Virus record (IMG/VR): IMGVR_UViG_3300022188_000007
Coordinates: 1 to 64,000 of that record
Strand: one strand, 5' to 3'
DNA: 64,000 nt
Origin: a virus
In this document: piece after piece, positions 25,336-34,874 of the stretch
How the letters are laid out: every line of letters begins with the position of its first letter
How positions within the stretch are numbered: position 1 is the first letter of the stretch
The notes under the pieces: model-generated
Database searches by the model: none
Seen by the model: the letters and a program-made list of their open reading frames with translations, nothing else
What the model was told of the DNA's origin: nothing
Translations under genes and position numbers: made by a program

Positions 25336-25572
25336 TTGAAAAAATTAATAACTTGGGTAGAGCAAGAACCCTCAAGAGCTAGAAGAATTATGCTGTTTAG
25401 TACTATATTCACTTATCTGTTCGTTACGATGGCTACTATGGGGTTAATTGCTTTTGGTAGAAATATGGCAAGTTTTTCACACTACTATTATTCTTTTAGT
25501 ACAGTAGCTGCAGTGTGTATAGGGTTCTACACTGGAACTAAACCTAAAATACCTGCCCCACCTAAAAACTAG
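25336..25572 (+). CDS. Small two-TM membrane protein (holin-like candidate)
   Basis: TTG start after AAGGAG; two hydrophobic helices ending in IGFY.G and a basic tail. Confidence 0.5.
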   Translation: MKKLITWVEQEPSRARRIMLFSTIFTYLFVTMATMGLIAFGRNMASFSHYYYSFSTVAAVCIGFYTGTKPKIPAPPKN

Positions 25573-25575
25573 ATT

Positions 25576-25605
25576 TATCTAACCTATTTATAATTAGGTA
25601 TTAGA
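25576..25605 (+). promoter_or_regulatory. Phage-specific upstream motif, copy 7
   Basis: TATCTAACCT-att-TATAATTAGG. Confidence 0.6.
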
Positions 25606-25637
25606 AAGTATTATTTTTTTATTTAAAGGAGCAGTTA

Positions 25638-26408
25638 ATGGCAAGACTATCTAGAGTTTTTAGTAGAAAAGGACGTAAGAGTAATAGCAATGAGAAGTCG
25701 GCTTTAATGCAGAGAATGGCTTCTAGAACAATTAATAATAACCCCAGCGACGAGCACTTATTGGGGGATCTATTTATTACTGTAGAAAATGAAGAGATAG
25801 TAGATCTTACTAATAAACACACCCCTATCCCTAACAGGCTTAAAGTCGGTACTGAAATCAAACATATGGAAAGCTCTGGTAGTTTAAATTTTGATGGTAG
25901 AGATACTAATTTAAATATTAGAGACAACGGAGATTTTAATTTCGGTATTGATGACTTTTCAATAGATTGGTGGGAATACCAACTTCCTGATCCTGGAGGA
26001 TGGGAATTAGAAATCTCGCCCATTCAATATTCCATGTATAAAAACTCAGTAGATAAAAAACAACCATTCCAAATACTTAATCGGCCAGACAAAGTTATAT
26101 CTATTTCTAGTAATGGGGATAATTGGGGTATAGCTGATGACAAGCATATAGGTACGGTTGAAGTTAATAAATGGATTCATTGGGCAATAACTAGGTCTAA
26201 TAATAATTTCTATACGTTCAAAAATGGGATTATAAAGAATATATGGGAATCTGAAGAACCTATTAATGACTCTGATGGCTATTTAACTTTCGGTAGTAGT
26301 CCTAAAGGTAACAACTTTTATGGTTATATGGACAAGATACGTGTAATAAAAGGTACTACATTATGGACTGATGAATTTAAACCAACTAAAGAAGATTTAT
26401 TTTATTAA
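25638..26408 (+). CDS. LamG/concanavalin-A-like domain protein; paralog of the N-terminal half of 641-1897
   Basis: GSLNFDG..DFSIDWW..WIHWAITR..FYGYMDKIRVIKG..LWT.EF. Confidence 0.8.
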   Translation: MARLSRVFSRKGRKSNSNEKSALMQRMASRTINNNPSDEHLLGDLFITVENEEIVDLTNKHTPIPNRLKVGTEIKHMESSGSLNFDGRDTNLNIRDNGDFNFGIDDFSIDWWEYQLPDPGGWELEISPIQYSMYKNSVDKKQPFQILNRPDKVISISSNGDNWGIADDKHIGTVEVNKWIHWAITRSNNNFYTFKNGIIKNIWESEEPINDSDGYLTFGSSPKGNNFYGYMDKIRVIKGTTLWTDEFKPTKEDLFY

Positions 26409-26413
26409 AAAAC

Positions 26414-26441
26414 TTGACATACATAAAAACATGGTTATAAT
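26414..26441 (+). promoter_or_regulatory. Sigma70-type promoter
   Basis: TTGACA-N16-TATAAT. Confidence 0.8.
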
Positions 26442-26475
26442 TTAGATATAAGTAAATAACAAAAGGAGTAACTAG

Positions 26476-26811
26476 ATGACTAAAAAAATGATGGATTTTG
26501 TAACAACTAATGAAGTACTTGACAATCTTAGCACAACTTTAAAGAATATGTTTTCAGAAGATCCTACCTTTGGGCATGGAGAAGCATTTAATAAATTAAC
26601 TGAAAGAACTTACGACGTAATGTGTCATATGGACGCATCATGTGAAGACCTGGAGAAAGACCCAGGGATACTACAAACTGCTGAAAGATTTGGTATTACC
26701 TCAGAGTCAGTAATAGAGGATATATCTAAAATAATGATGTATTCTACTATAGCAAAGCAAGCTTTAACGATAGAAATTTTAACTGGGCTATTAGAGGAAG
26801 AAGATGAGTGA
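26476..26811 (+). CDS. Hypothetical protein
   Basis: AAGGAG RBS after the promoter. Confidence 0.6.
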   Translation: MTKKMMDFVTTNEVLDNLSTTLKNMFSEDPTFGHGEAFNKLTERTYDVMCHMDASCEDLEKDPGILQTAERFGITSESVIEDISKIMMYSTIAKQALTIEILTGLLEEEDE

Positions 26812-27217
26812 TCCTATTTGTTATGAGTGCCTAAAACCTATGGTTAAGAAACATGGAGTAATTTCTATGAATAGAAAAGACTTTGGAAATTATGAAGTCG
26901 CTGGAGTATTACATTTTTCTTGTGAACATTGTAATAGTAAGATAATACCTCCTCTAGAATCAATTAGAATAATACGAGATGGCTTAAGGCTACATACATT
27001 AAAAGTATTAAACCAGGATGGTTCAGACTCGGTGCTAAACTTAAGTAGAAAATTACATTGTGAGCTAGCTGAGCTAGATTTAATATTAATACAATTAAAA
27101 AAAGAAAAACTTATTATAGTAAGCGATGAAGGTAGATTCCCTACAATAACTTTAAAACTTACCAATTCTGATAAAAAAACTGGTTTTTTAAATAGATTAA
27201 TAACTAAATTTTTCTAG
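26804..27217 (+). CDS. YgiT/MqsA-type zinc finger + winged-helix-like protein
   Basis: CYEC..M....V.GV....CEHCNSKII; then LSRKL..L...L..LKKEKLI. Confidence 0.6.
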   Translation: MSDPICYECLKPMVKKHGVISMNRKDFGNYEVAGVLHFSCEHCNSKIIPPLESIRIIRDGLRLHTLKVLNQDGSDSVLNLSRKLHCELAELDLILIQLKKEKLIIVSDEGRFPTITLKLTNSDKKTGFLNRLITKFF

Positions 27218-27409
27218 GAGATAATTTAATGATATATAAAGACTTCTGTATCCAACCTGAAACTAAAATTGATGAGGAATTCATAGAGCAGGAGATGGAT
27301 TTTTTAATAGAGGTATCGATCAAGAACCAAGAGCTCTATAAGGACACTGCTAGTTATGCAGCAGTAGTTAAACAACGATATTCAACATGGTTTTGCAAAA
27401 ATAAATAAA

Positions 27410-28159
27410 ATGGATGTTATGGTTATATATAAGATAATTAATTTAATAAATAGTAAAATTTATGTAGGAAAAGATAAACATAATAAGCCTAAATATTTAG
27501 GATCAGGTAAATTATTAAAACTAGCTATTACTAAATATGGAAAGCAGAGCTTTAAAAAAGAAATATTACAAGAGTGCGGTAATGAAGCAGAATTAAATAC
27601 TGCTGAAATATATTGGATTAAAAAATTAAAATCAAGGAAAAGAGGTATAGGCTATAATATAGCTGAAGGTGGTAGTGGTGGAAAGACTATGGAAAGTCCT
27701 TGGAATAAAGGATTAAAACTTGGACCACTATCAGAGGAACAAAAGGAAAAGCAATCCAAGGCTACAAAACATGGGTATGAAACTGGAGGGTTAATTAATG
27801 GTATGGTTGGTAAAACTCCCTGGAATAAGGGAATAGAAATGACTGTAGAGGCTAAAGAAAAATCATCTAAGACACATAAAAGTAAAAAACTTTCGAAAGA
27901 AACAAAAGAAAAAATATCTAAAGCTAACAAGGGCAGAAAACCTTATGAAATGACAGACATTATCCGCGAACGCATACAGCGATCCAGCTTGGGAAAGAAG
28001 GCCTCTAAACAAACACGTGAGAATATGAGTAATGCACGCAATGGTGACAAATCATGCGCGGGGCCTATTGTTACATGCCCGCATTGCGGTAAAGTTGGCG
28101 CAAATAATGGAATGAGACGTTGGCACTTTAACAAATGTAGGGAGAAAACTTATGGATGA
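27410..28159 (+). CDS. GIY-YIG homing endonuclease with NUMOD3-like repeats
   Basis: VIYKIINLINSKIYVG..YLGSG..E.YWI..GYNI; PWNKG and SKETKEKIS repeats; CPHCGK tail. Confidence 0.9.
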   Translation: MDVMVIYKIINLINSKIYVGKDKHNKPKYLGSGKLLKLAITKYGKQSFKKEILQECGNEAELNTAEIYWIKKLKSRKRGIGYNIAEGGSGGKTMESPWNKGLKLGPLSEEQKEKQSKATKHGYETGGLINGMVGKTPWNKGIEMTVEAKEKSSKTHKSKKLSKETKEKISKANKGRKPYEMTDIIRERIQRSSLGKKASKQTRENMSNARNGDKSCAGPIVTCPHCGKVGANNGMRRWHFNKCREKTYG

Positions 28160-28580
28160 AGTAAAACAAATTATAGTGATAAGAAAAGATTTAAAAATGC
28201 GTAAGGGAAAATCAGTAGCCTCTGGGGCTCATGCGGCTATGAAAGTTTTATTGGACAAACTGTCTATTACTCCTGTATCTTTGACTGGGGCTCACACAGG
28301 AGTTCCTAGATTTGTAGAGTTATCAGCAGTCATGTCACAGAGTTCTAGTCTGTATAAATGGCTTATAGGTGATTTCACAAAAATAGTTATAAGTGTAGAC
28401 TCATTAGAAGAATTAGAGAAATTAGAAGAAGAAGCTAATAAAGTTAACATACACACAGCTAAAATAACTGACGCAGGTAGGACAGAATTTAATCAAGTTC
28501 CTACTGTTACATCACTAGCTATAGGGCCTGAACTGGCCAGTAAGCTAGACCCCATTACAGGACATTTAAAATTATTATAG
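28152..28580 (+). CDS. pth2: Peptidyl-tRNA hydrolase type 2
   Basis: KQIIVIRKDLKMRKGK..AHA..KIV..ITDAGRTEF..T.LAIGP..DPITGHLKLL. Confidence 0.9.
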   Translation: MDEVKQIIVIRKDLKMRKGKSVASGAHAAMKVLLDKLSITPVSLTGAHTGVPRFVELSAVMSQSSSLYKWLIGDFTKIVISVDSLEELEKLEEEANKVNIHTAKITDAGRTEFNQVPTVTSLAIGPELASKLDPITGHLKLL

Positions 28581-28589
28581 GGAGTATTT

Positions 28590-28847
28590 ATGCCTTACAT
28601 AGATAAAAAAAGAAGAGATGTTATATCAACACCCGAAACAGCAGGAGAACTCAACTTTATGATAACAGAGTTGATGATAGCATATATAAGAAATAATGGT
28701 GTAAGCTACCAAGTATTTAATGATATTATTGGTGCTTGTGAGGGGGCCAAATTAGAATTCTACAGACGGGTAGTAGTGAAGTATGAACAGACAAAAATTG
28801 AAACTAATGGGGACGTATATGACAAAGATTTACTGTCAGCACTGTGA
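28590..28847 (+). CDS. Conserved phage hypothetical protein
   Basis: MPYI..GELNF.IT..Y..N.IIGA.E.AKLEFYRR..YE..KI..NGDV. Confidence 0.75.
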   Translation: MPYIDKKRRDVISTPETAGELNFMITELMIAYIRNNGVSYQVFNDIIGACEGAKLEFYRRVVVKYEQTKIETNGDVYDKDLLSAL

Positions 28848-28938
28848 TAAAGAGTTTATCCCAATAAGAAATGACCCCCGAATTAAATATTGCTCTAAAA
28901 AAGGAGTTATATTTAGATATAATTAATAAAATAAAAAA

Positions 28939-29130
28939 ATGGTGACGTATATGAGGAATGATTTCTTAACGGAAACAGAGGCTATGGAAGAACGATTGTC
29001 AGTGCTAAAGAGTTTAGTAAAACCAGAAGATAGAATGGAAGCGAGGAAGGTAAAAGGCGAAATTAAATATATAGAGGCCATGCTGATGGCAGCGGAATTC
29101 TCTACATTTAATGAGTACCCTTTACTATAA
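28939..29130 (+). CDS. Hypothetical protein
   Basis: ORF in the operon. Confidence 0.4.
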   Translation: MVTYMRNDFLTETEAMEERLSVLKSLVKPEDRMEARKVKGEIKYIEAMLMAAEFSTFNEYPLL

Positions 29131-29157
29131 TATAAACAAGGAAAAGGAAAAAGAATT

Positions 29158-29643
29158 ATGAGAGATAAAATTTACATGATTGGACAGATTAGTGTTAACC
29201 ACAAAGAAACTTATGATTGGCGACAAAGAGTAAAAATTCGTTTTCAGGATGATAGACAATTTTACTTTATTGACCCTTGCAACAATGAGTTTAATAAGTC
29301 TGTGCAGTCTGAATATGGCGACGGATCTGATCCAGATAGAACTAAAGTATATACTACGGAAGGTATTAATCTTCTAGTACCTAAAGATAAAATGTATGTT
29401 ATGAAGTCTACTGGAGCAATAGCTAACATGAACCACTATGATACAGATAAGCCAATGATTGGTACAATGTTTGAACTAGCTTGGTATCATGATAATAATC
29501 ATAAGGCTGTAATAGGAATATTTAATGGTGACTGGACTAAAGATAAGCACTGTAATCACCCATTTGTAAAAAGTGTTGTTAACTGTTGGGTACAAAATGA
29601 AGAGGAAGCAGGTGATGTTCTCTTAAAATATTTTAGTATATAA
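29158..29643 (+). CDS. Nucleoside 2-deoxyribosyltransferase-like protein
   Basis: IYMIG.I..WR..FIDP..D..V..S..IGTMFELAW pattern. Confidence 0.7.
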   Translation: MRDKIYMIGQISVNHKETYDWRQRVKIRFQDDRQFYFIDPCNNEFNKSVQSEYGDGSDPDRTKVYTTEGINLLVPKDKMYVMKSTGAIANMNHYDTDKPMIGTMFELAWYHDNNHKAVIGIFNGDWTKDKHCNHPFVKSVVNCWVQNEEEAGDVLLKYFSI

Positions 29644-29653
29644 GGATAAACAT

Positions 29654-29836
29654 ATGGATAATATTATTGAAGTCGGTAGTAAACATTCGGAGGGCGCTAA
29701 AATTAATTTAACTATTGATCTAGCTCCAGCTGATTGTTACGTTATGTGTAAACAACTATTTGAGAAACTAAATAAAGATGAAAAAATTGAGATAATTAAG
29801 GCCTATTACGATGCTCAAAAAAAGCTAGAACAGTAA
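29654..29836 (+). CDS. Hypothetical protein
   Basis: AAGGA RBS. Confidence 0.5.
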   Translation: MDNIIEVGSKHSEGAKINLTIDLAPADCYVMCKQLFEKLNKDEKIEIIKAYYDAQKKLEQ

Positions 29837-29848
29837 TAAACAAAGGGT

Positions 29849-29885
29849 TTAACTAACCTTCTTATTAATAGAGGAGGTTAGTTAA
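29849..29885 (+). promoter_or_regulatory. Phage-specific upstream motif, copy 8, forming a full inverted repeat
   Basis: TTAACTAACCT-tct-TATTAATAGAGG-AGGTTAGTTAA; 11-bp perfect arms. Confidence 0.7.
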
Positions 29886-30041
29886 TTTTTCTAATCTGCT
29901 AATAAAAGGAGGATTATCTATATGAAAATCATTAACTTTTAAATCCCACGTAATATATTTTAAATAATTAAAAAAAGGGGGGATGATTAGCCATAATCTG
30001 AATTTCAAAAAAAAATCAAAATTAGTAAGGGAGAATATTAA

Positions 30042-31394
30042 ATGGCTGAACTTTTAAAGTGGGATGGTGAATTAGAGGATAAAGTTGTAATAGACACTAA
30101 TTTACTATTAGATGATTCAAAGATTTTATTTAAATTAACAAAAAAATATAAACAAATAGTAATACCTATAACAGTACTACAAGAATTAGACAAGCATAAA
30201 TTTAAACGAGGAACAGCTTATAGTGCTAGACAAGCTATAAGGGCTCTAATCGAATTCAAAGAGGACTATAAAGATAGAATAATATTCGATATTTCAGGCA
30301 TTGATTTAGAAAAATTAGATACTAATGATTTAAAAATAATTAAATGTGCCAAAGATGGTGACGCTACGTTAGCTACTAAAGATATGGCAATGGATATTAT
30401 CGCTGAAGCACTCGAGGTAAAGACAAAACTATATGATGTAGTATTAAATAATATATTCAATCCATACATATACATAGAACAGTACAAGTTATTTGAAATT
30501 AACACTGAAGGTGTTTTTGGATACGGAAGACATTTTATGGGCAAGGAATATGATGAGGTATACAACCTGTTTAATAAAGCTAGTGATCGGCCTCTAATTA
30601 GAGACTCTTGGTTCTTTGTAATTATTAATACACCTACTAGTAACCCTACTGTCTATGCCCATAATCCTACTAGAAAACTTTTTATTAAAATAGACGACAA
30701 TCCTGAATACAGAAGTATTAAGGGTAAGAAGGGTGAACATATTAAAGCTAGAGATATTTATCAAACATGTGCAATATACGCTCTGAAAGAAGCACAGCAT
30801 GTGTTGATAACGGGTAAATGGGGGTCAGGTAAAACCCTACTCTCCACCGCCCAAGCTCTGACTAATGACGATAAAAAAGTATTTATAACTAGAGCCCCTA
30901 TAGGTCTCAACTCTAAGTATGACATAGGTTTCGTTCCAGGTGACAGGGTTGAAAAGATGCAGGACTGGTTGGGAGGATTTATGAGCGCACTATACTTTTT
31001 ATATGGTAACACTAAAGGGCAAGTTGGGGAAGGTAATAAAGGGTATGATTATGTAAAAGAGATTCTTTTCAGAGAAAAATTTGAAGCTATTCCTATAAAC
31101 TCTATCCAAGGGCTTTCTTTACTGGATAATGACACTTTAATAGTTGATGAGGTTCAACTTATTACTGTAGACTATATTAGTATGATTTTAAGCCGTCCAT
31201 CGGAAACTGGTAGATTGATACTACTAGGAGATTTAGGTCAAACCTATGACGTGGTAAAGCCGTCAGAATCAGGATTATTAAAACTGTTAAGAGTGCTTCC
31301 TCATAGATCAATAGCTTATGTGGATTTACAAAATTCATATAGAAGTGATATTCTGGAGGTTGCTGAATTATTACAAGATAAAACTATAGGATAA
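30042..31394 (+). CDS. phoH: PIN-domain PhoH-family ATPase (PhoH2-like)
   Basis: VIDTNLLL..VLQELDKHK PIN domain; GKWGSGKT; IGFVPG..EKM..W; IVDEVQ; LLGDLGQ. Confidence 0.9.
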   Translation: MAELLKWDGELEDKVVIDTNLLLDDSKILFKLTKKYKQIVIPITVLQELDKHKFKRGTAYSARQAIRALIEFKEDYKDRIIFDISGIDLEKLDTNDLKIIKCAKDGDATLATKDMAMDIIAEALEVKTKLYDVVLNNIFNPYIYIEQYKLFEINTEGVFGYGRHFMGKEYDEVYNLFNKASDRPLIRDSWFFVIINTPTSNPTVYAHNPTRKLFIKIDDNPEYRSIKGKKGEHIKARDIYQTCAIYALKEAQHVLITGKWGSGKTLLSTAQALTNDDKKVFITRAPIGLNSKYDIGFVPGDRVEKMQDWLGGFMSALYFLYGNTKGQVGEGNKGYDYVKEILFREKFEAIPINSIQGLSLLDNDTLIVDEVQLITVDYISMILSRPSETGRLILLGDLGQTYDVVKPSESGLLKLLRVLPHRSIAYVDLQNSYRSDILEVAELLQDKTIG

Positions 31395-31398
31395 GATT

Positions 31399-31968
31399 AT
31401 GAGTATTAAAAAACCACTTGTTATAAATTTTCTAGGGGGGCCAGGCAACTTAAAATCTGGCATTGCCTCAGGCGTATTTTCGTTATTAAAACTACATTAT
31501 GTTGATTGTGAATTAGTTACTGAGTTCGCCAAGGATTTAACATGGGAAGAAAATTGGAAGGTATTAGGAATACAAGATTTCGTATTTGGAGAACAAAATA
31601 AACGTTTAGCTAGAATAGGTGATGCAGTAGATGTTATTGTTACAGACACTTCATTACTATTTTCCCTTGTTTATAGAAGAGAGTCTCTAACTGATAAATT
31701 TGAAAAGTATGTTATGAGTATATATAATTCATATGATAATTTAAATATATTTTTAACTAGAAATAAATCAGTTAAGTATGAAGCTTTTGGAAGAGAACAG
31801 ACAGCGTCAGAAGCTGTAGATGTGGATAATATTGTCAAGTCTGTTTTAGGACAACACAATATCAAACATATAAGCCTAGAGCCTGGTAATGAGACTATTA
31901 ATGAGATAACCTCATTGATACTAAATAAGTTTAATAAACAAAGTAAGTATAAACTAGAGGAGATATAA
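31399..31968 (+). CDS. NadR/Ttd14-type (AAA_28) P-loop protein
   Basis: VINFLGGPGNLKS (variant Walker A); EFAKDLTWE..Q..VFGEQ..IVTD.SL..GR.Q. Confidence 0.75.
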   Translation: MSIKKPLVINFLGGPGNLKSGIASGVFSLLKLHYVDCELVTEFAKDLTWEENWKVLGIQDFVFGEQNKRLARIGDAVDVIVTDTSLLFSLVYRRESLTDKFEKYVMSIYNSYDNLNIFLTRNKSVKYEAFGREQTASEAVDVDNIVKSVLGQHNIKHISLEPGNETINEITSLILNKFNKQSKYKLEEI

Positions 31969-31997
31969 TGAAATAGGTTATAGGAAAGGAGAAACTA

Positions 31998-32357
31998 ATG
32001 TTAGATAATATTCCAGGAGCATTAACTAGTAATGTTAATAATTTTATTAATGCATTAAGCCTTAGAAATGAGACATGTTGTTTAAAACATGGACCCAAAG
32101 AAATGAAGATTAGGGCACCAAAAGCGGTAGATTTTTTATGTCAGTGTTTAGGTCTTAAAGAGGAAAATAAAACCACCGAGTTATTAAGAATCCCCATTTG
32201 TAGTGAATGTGTGGAAGGCTTGTTTAATTCTGAGTGGTTATTGGTGTACTGTGTGAACTGTAACAGCTCACAATGGATATTTAAACCTGAATCATCTATT
32301 AAAACTACTGAGGATATGATTTGGTTAGATGAATGTCCTGAGTGTAAGGAGGTGTAG
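31998..32357 (+). CDS. Cys-rich hypothetical protein
   Basis: Multiple CxxC motifs (CSEC, CVNC, CPEC). Confidence 0.6.
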   Translation: MLDNIPGALTSNVNNFINALSLRNETCCLKHGPKEMKIRAPKAVDFLCQCLGLKEENKTTELLRIPICSECVEGLFNSEWLLVYCVNCNSSQWIFKPESSIKTTEDMIWLDECPECKEV

Positions 32358-32358
32358 T

Positions 32359-32580
32359 ATGCCAAAAACAAAAGGTTGGGGCTATTCAGAAAAAAAGCTT
32401 CTCAAAAAGAACTATGGTAAACTAACCATTAAAGAGTTAGAACAGTTATTTCCAAATAGATCAAGAGAGTCGATAAATAATAAAATAAAAAGACTTAAAA
32501 AATCAGGAGAAATAACAGAAGGTAAAGACGAGGATACTATAAAAAGATCCTATGACCAACGTGGTACAGAAATAGAATAA
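32359..32580 (+). CDS. Myb/SANT-like HTH protein
   Basis: W..SE..LL..NY..TI.EL..FP.RS..SI..K..RL; AAGGAGG RBS. Confidence 0.7.
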   Translation: MPKTKGWGYSEKKLLKKNYGKLTIKELEQLFPNRSRESINNKIKRLKKSGEITEGKDEDTIKRSYDQRGTEIE

Positions 32581-32599
32581 TTTTAGTAGAGGAGCTTGT

Positions 32600-32872
32600 A
32601 TGGAAAATATTGTTAATCCTTTGGAGGCTATATACAAATCAAAGTGTTTCACTTGTAGACATAGATTAAGTAGAGTAGTAGAACCTATTACACAAGAAGA
32701 CAAAGAATACTATCTAGAATTCATGGACGTAGAAGACTCAGAGAATTATGATTTATATATAGAACAGCATAAGTGCTTGATGACTGATGAAGATTTAGAC
32801 GGTATAATTCTTGAGTGTAACCAATATGAAATGATCAATGATTTTAAATTGATACGGGAGTATAAGTTTTGA
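32600..32872 (+). CDS. Hypothetical protein
   Basis: GAGGAG RBS; CFTC..C..C. Confidence 0.6.
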   Translation: MENIVNPLEAIYKSKCFTCRHRLSRVVEPITQEDKEYYLEFMDVEDSENYDLYIEQHKCLMTDEDLDGIILECNQYEMINDFKLIREYKF

Positions 32873-33072
32873 AAAAGAATAAAAAAAATAAAAAAAATAA
32901 ATTTCCAACAATGTTTCAATTTGTAGCTGAACAAAATAGACTAGAACGGACAGGTGGATTACCTGCAGAGCACCCAGAGGGCGCACTAGAGCCATATGAT
33001 GTCCCGTTAACCCCTAGGGAAAGGGATTTCTTTAAACGGCAACTAGAAGAAGCATTAAAAGGATTAGAATAA
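32869..33072 (+). CDS. Hypothetical protein
   Basis: Overlapping ORF. Confidence 0.45.
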   Translation: MKKNKKNKKNKFPTMFQFVAEQNRLERTGGLPAEHPEGALEPYDVPLTPRERDFFKRQLEEALKGLE

Positions 33073-33088
33073 GGATTAGGAAAGACTT

Positions 33089-33661
33089 ATGGGAATTAAA
33101 AATGAAGGGTTCTATATGGACCTTAATAGGCATGTTGTGGACTTAACTAAAGATAATACAATAGAACGAATAAAAAGTAATAAGATATACGGATGTAGTG
33201 CAAACAGTTTATTTAGAACACTAAGAGATAATGTAGTAAGGGGTGGATGGCAAGACCATGAAGGGTACCCTCTAAGAAGTAAATTTTTTGAGAAGGGTAA
33301 ACTCGCATGTAGTATATCTACTAGAAGATTAGCTAAGATGGTAGGACAGGTAGATAAAACCATCCAAAAAAATGTAAAGAAATTAAAAGGAGTCAGATGG
33401 ATAGAGACATCTAATCAGTACATGGCTAAGAAACAAACTACTTTCATACTAGGTTATTGGGTAGAATATACTGACGCAAAAGGAATAAAAAGGTACAAAG
33501 AAACTTGGTACAGAGATGAAGTTATGGATGGAATTAGACTACTGGATGCTCCTAAAAAAGAGACGTCTATAGAAGAAGATAAGGCCATTTTTGAAGAAGA
33601 AACCCTATCTTTTGGTGATATTTATTTCTACGATACGGCAACTTATTTTGCTCAACCGTAG
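33089..33661 (+). CDS. Winged-HTH protein resembling the N-terminus of phage replication initiators
   Basis: CSISTRRLAKMVG...KTIQKNVKKL..V.WIE; followed at once by iteron-like repeats. Confidence 0.55.
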   Translation: MGIKNEGFYMDLNRHVVDLTKDNTIERIKSNKIYGCSANSLFRTLRDNVVRGGWQDHEGYPLRSKFFEKGKLACSISTRRLAKMVGQVDKTIQKNVKKLKGVRWIETSNQYMAKKQTTFILGYWVEYTDAKGIKRYKETWYRDEVMDGIRLLDAPKKETSIEEDKAIFEEETLSFGDIYFYDTATYFAQP

Positions 33662-33698
33662 TAAAAAGTACTACAGTACCGTAGTAAAAAGTACTACA
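33655..33698. repeat. Two exact 21-bp direct repeats, each internally palindromic (iteron-like)
   Basis: ACCGTAGTAAAAAGTACTACA at 33655-33675 and 33678-33698; GTAGTA-N5-TACTAC inside each; AT-rich tract downstream. Confidence 0.85.
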
Positions 33699-33814
33699 TA
33701 TAATATATAAGAATAAAATACTAGATTAACTATTACTACTAGTGTTAATTAAGGTAGTGTTAATAAAAAACTTTTTTAAATTAATTTTAAAAACAAACTG
33801 GATCAAAGATAATA

Positions 33815-34030
33815 ATGGAAACTTTAACAATACACATAGCAAAAAGAACTATGCAATTAAGAGATGTGAATTCTTGCGTAAGTTTTGTAAGTACAATTTG
33901 GAGAGATCAACCGACTATGATCATGTTTAATAATTTAAACAATAAAATCATGAATACTTACTTTTATCCTGCTTATCAAGAAGGTGATATTGAAACGCTA
34001 GAGTATTTAATTTTAGGTTTTTTGAATTAA
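33815..34030 (+). CDS. Hypothetical protein
   Basis: ORF between the repeats and the next gene. Confidence 0.45.
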   Translation: METLTIHIAKRTMQLRDVNSCVSFVSTIWRDQPTMIMFNNLNNKIMNTYFYPAYQEGDIETLEYLILGFLN

Positions 34031-34055
34031 AATTTATTAGTTATTTGGAGGGTTT

Positions 34056-34856
34056 ATGGTGAACTTAAAAGAAATATACGAAGTATCTAAAAATCTAAGA
34101 GGTAAGGCGTCCCAAGGTTGGATTCGTCCTACAATAGCTGAATTTTTTACAAGCAAAGATTTTGAAGAAATAGAAAGAATAGATAACATAACAGAAAATG
34201 CAGTTAATGTAGATAGGATGTTTTCTACGCCAGGTGTCGCCTCTAGGGGTATTGCTATTCTAGACAACGGAGACATGGTTACTACTGATCATGAAGCAGA
34301 TCTAATCTACGTACACACAGGGGTAAATGAAGTTATAAGAAATTCTTTTGCTTCTACATATGATTATCCTTGGAGTGCAGTGTATGATTCATCTAGTGAT
34401 AAAGTATTATTATATTCTAACGGTGCCGGTGGTGGAATTGAAACTTATGATTACACGACGGGAGCTGCTGTACACCTTTTTAGTGGAGGTGGTCCAATTA
34501 CAATTGCTAATGGTAATTTAATAGGAGCTACAGGCAATGCTCAGATAACAGAGTATATAGGAATTAACACATCTAATATTAATAATGTAATTGACCTGTC
34601 ATTAGTTTTTGCTGTTGATGGTAGTACCAAAATAGGCGATATTACATTTGACGGAACTAATTTAATTGTTGTAACTAGACTGGCTACTGCTATAATATAT
34701 GTATTTGATGGTATTAGTAATAATTTATTATTTAAATTTAATTCTCCTGGTGTCGGAACTAGTCTTGAATCTAACGGTATTTGTTGGGATCATAGAAGAG
34801 CTAATTTAATAAGTTCTAATACTGGGACTGGTCAGGTATATGTGCACCAAAATTAA
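34056..34856 (+). CDS. RPT module + beta-propeller-like repeat protein
   Basis: N-terminal LRGKASQGWIRPTIAEFFTSKDF; repeats F.[ST]PG..GI.[WF]D..NLI..IYVH/F. Confidence 0.65.
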   Translation: MVNLKEIYEVSKNLRGKASQGWIRPTIAEFFTSKDFEEIERIDNITENAVNVDRMFSTPGVASRGIAILDNGDMVTTDHEADLIYVHTGVNEVIRNSFASTYDYPWSAVYDSSSDKVLLYSNGAGGGIETYDYTTGAAVHLFSGGGPITIANGNLIGATGNAQITEYIGINTSNINNVIDLSLVFAVDGSTKIGDITFDGTNLIVVTRLATAIIYVFDGISNNLLFKFNSPGVGTSLESNGICWDHRRANLISSNTGTGQVYVHQN

Positions 34857-34874
34857 AATAATTAATTAAATAAC

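Noticed and set aside
33655-33698. Possible mini-CRISPR array
   Set aside because: Only two 21-bp repeats separated by 2 nt, so there is no spacer, and no cas genes. No repeat-spacer array was seen anywhere in the window.
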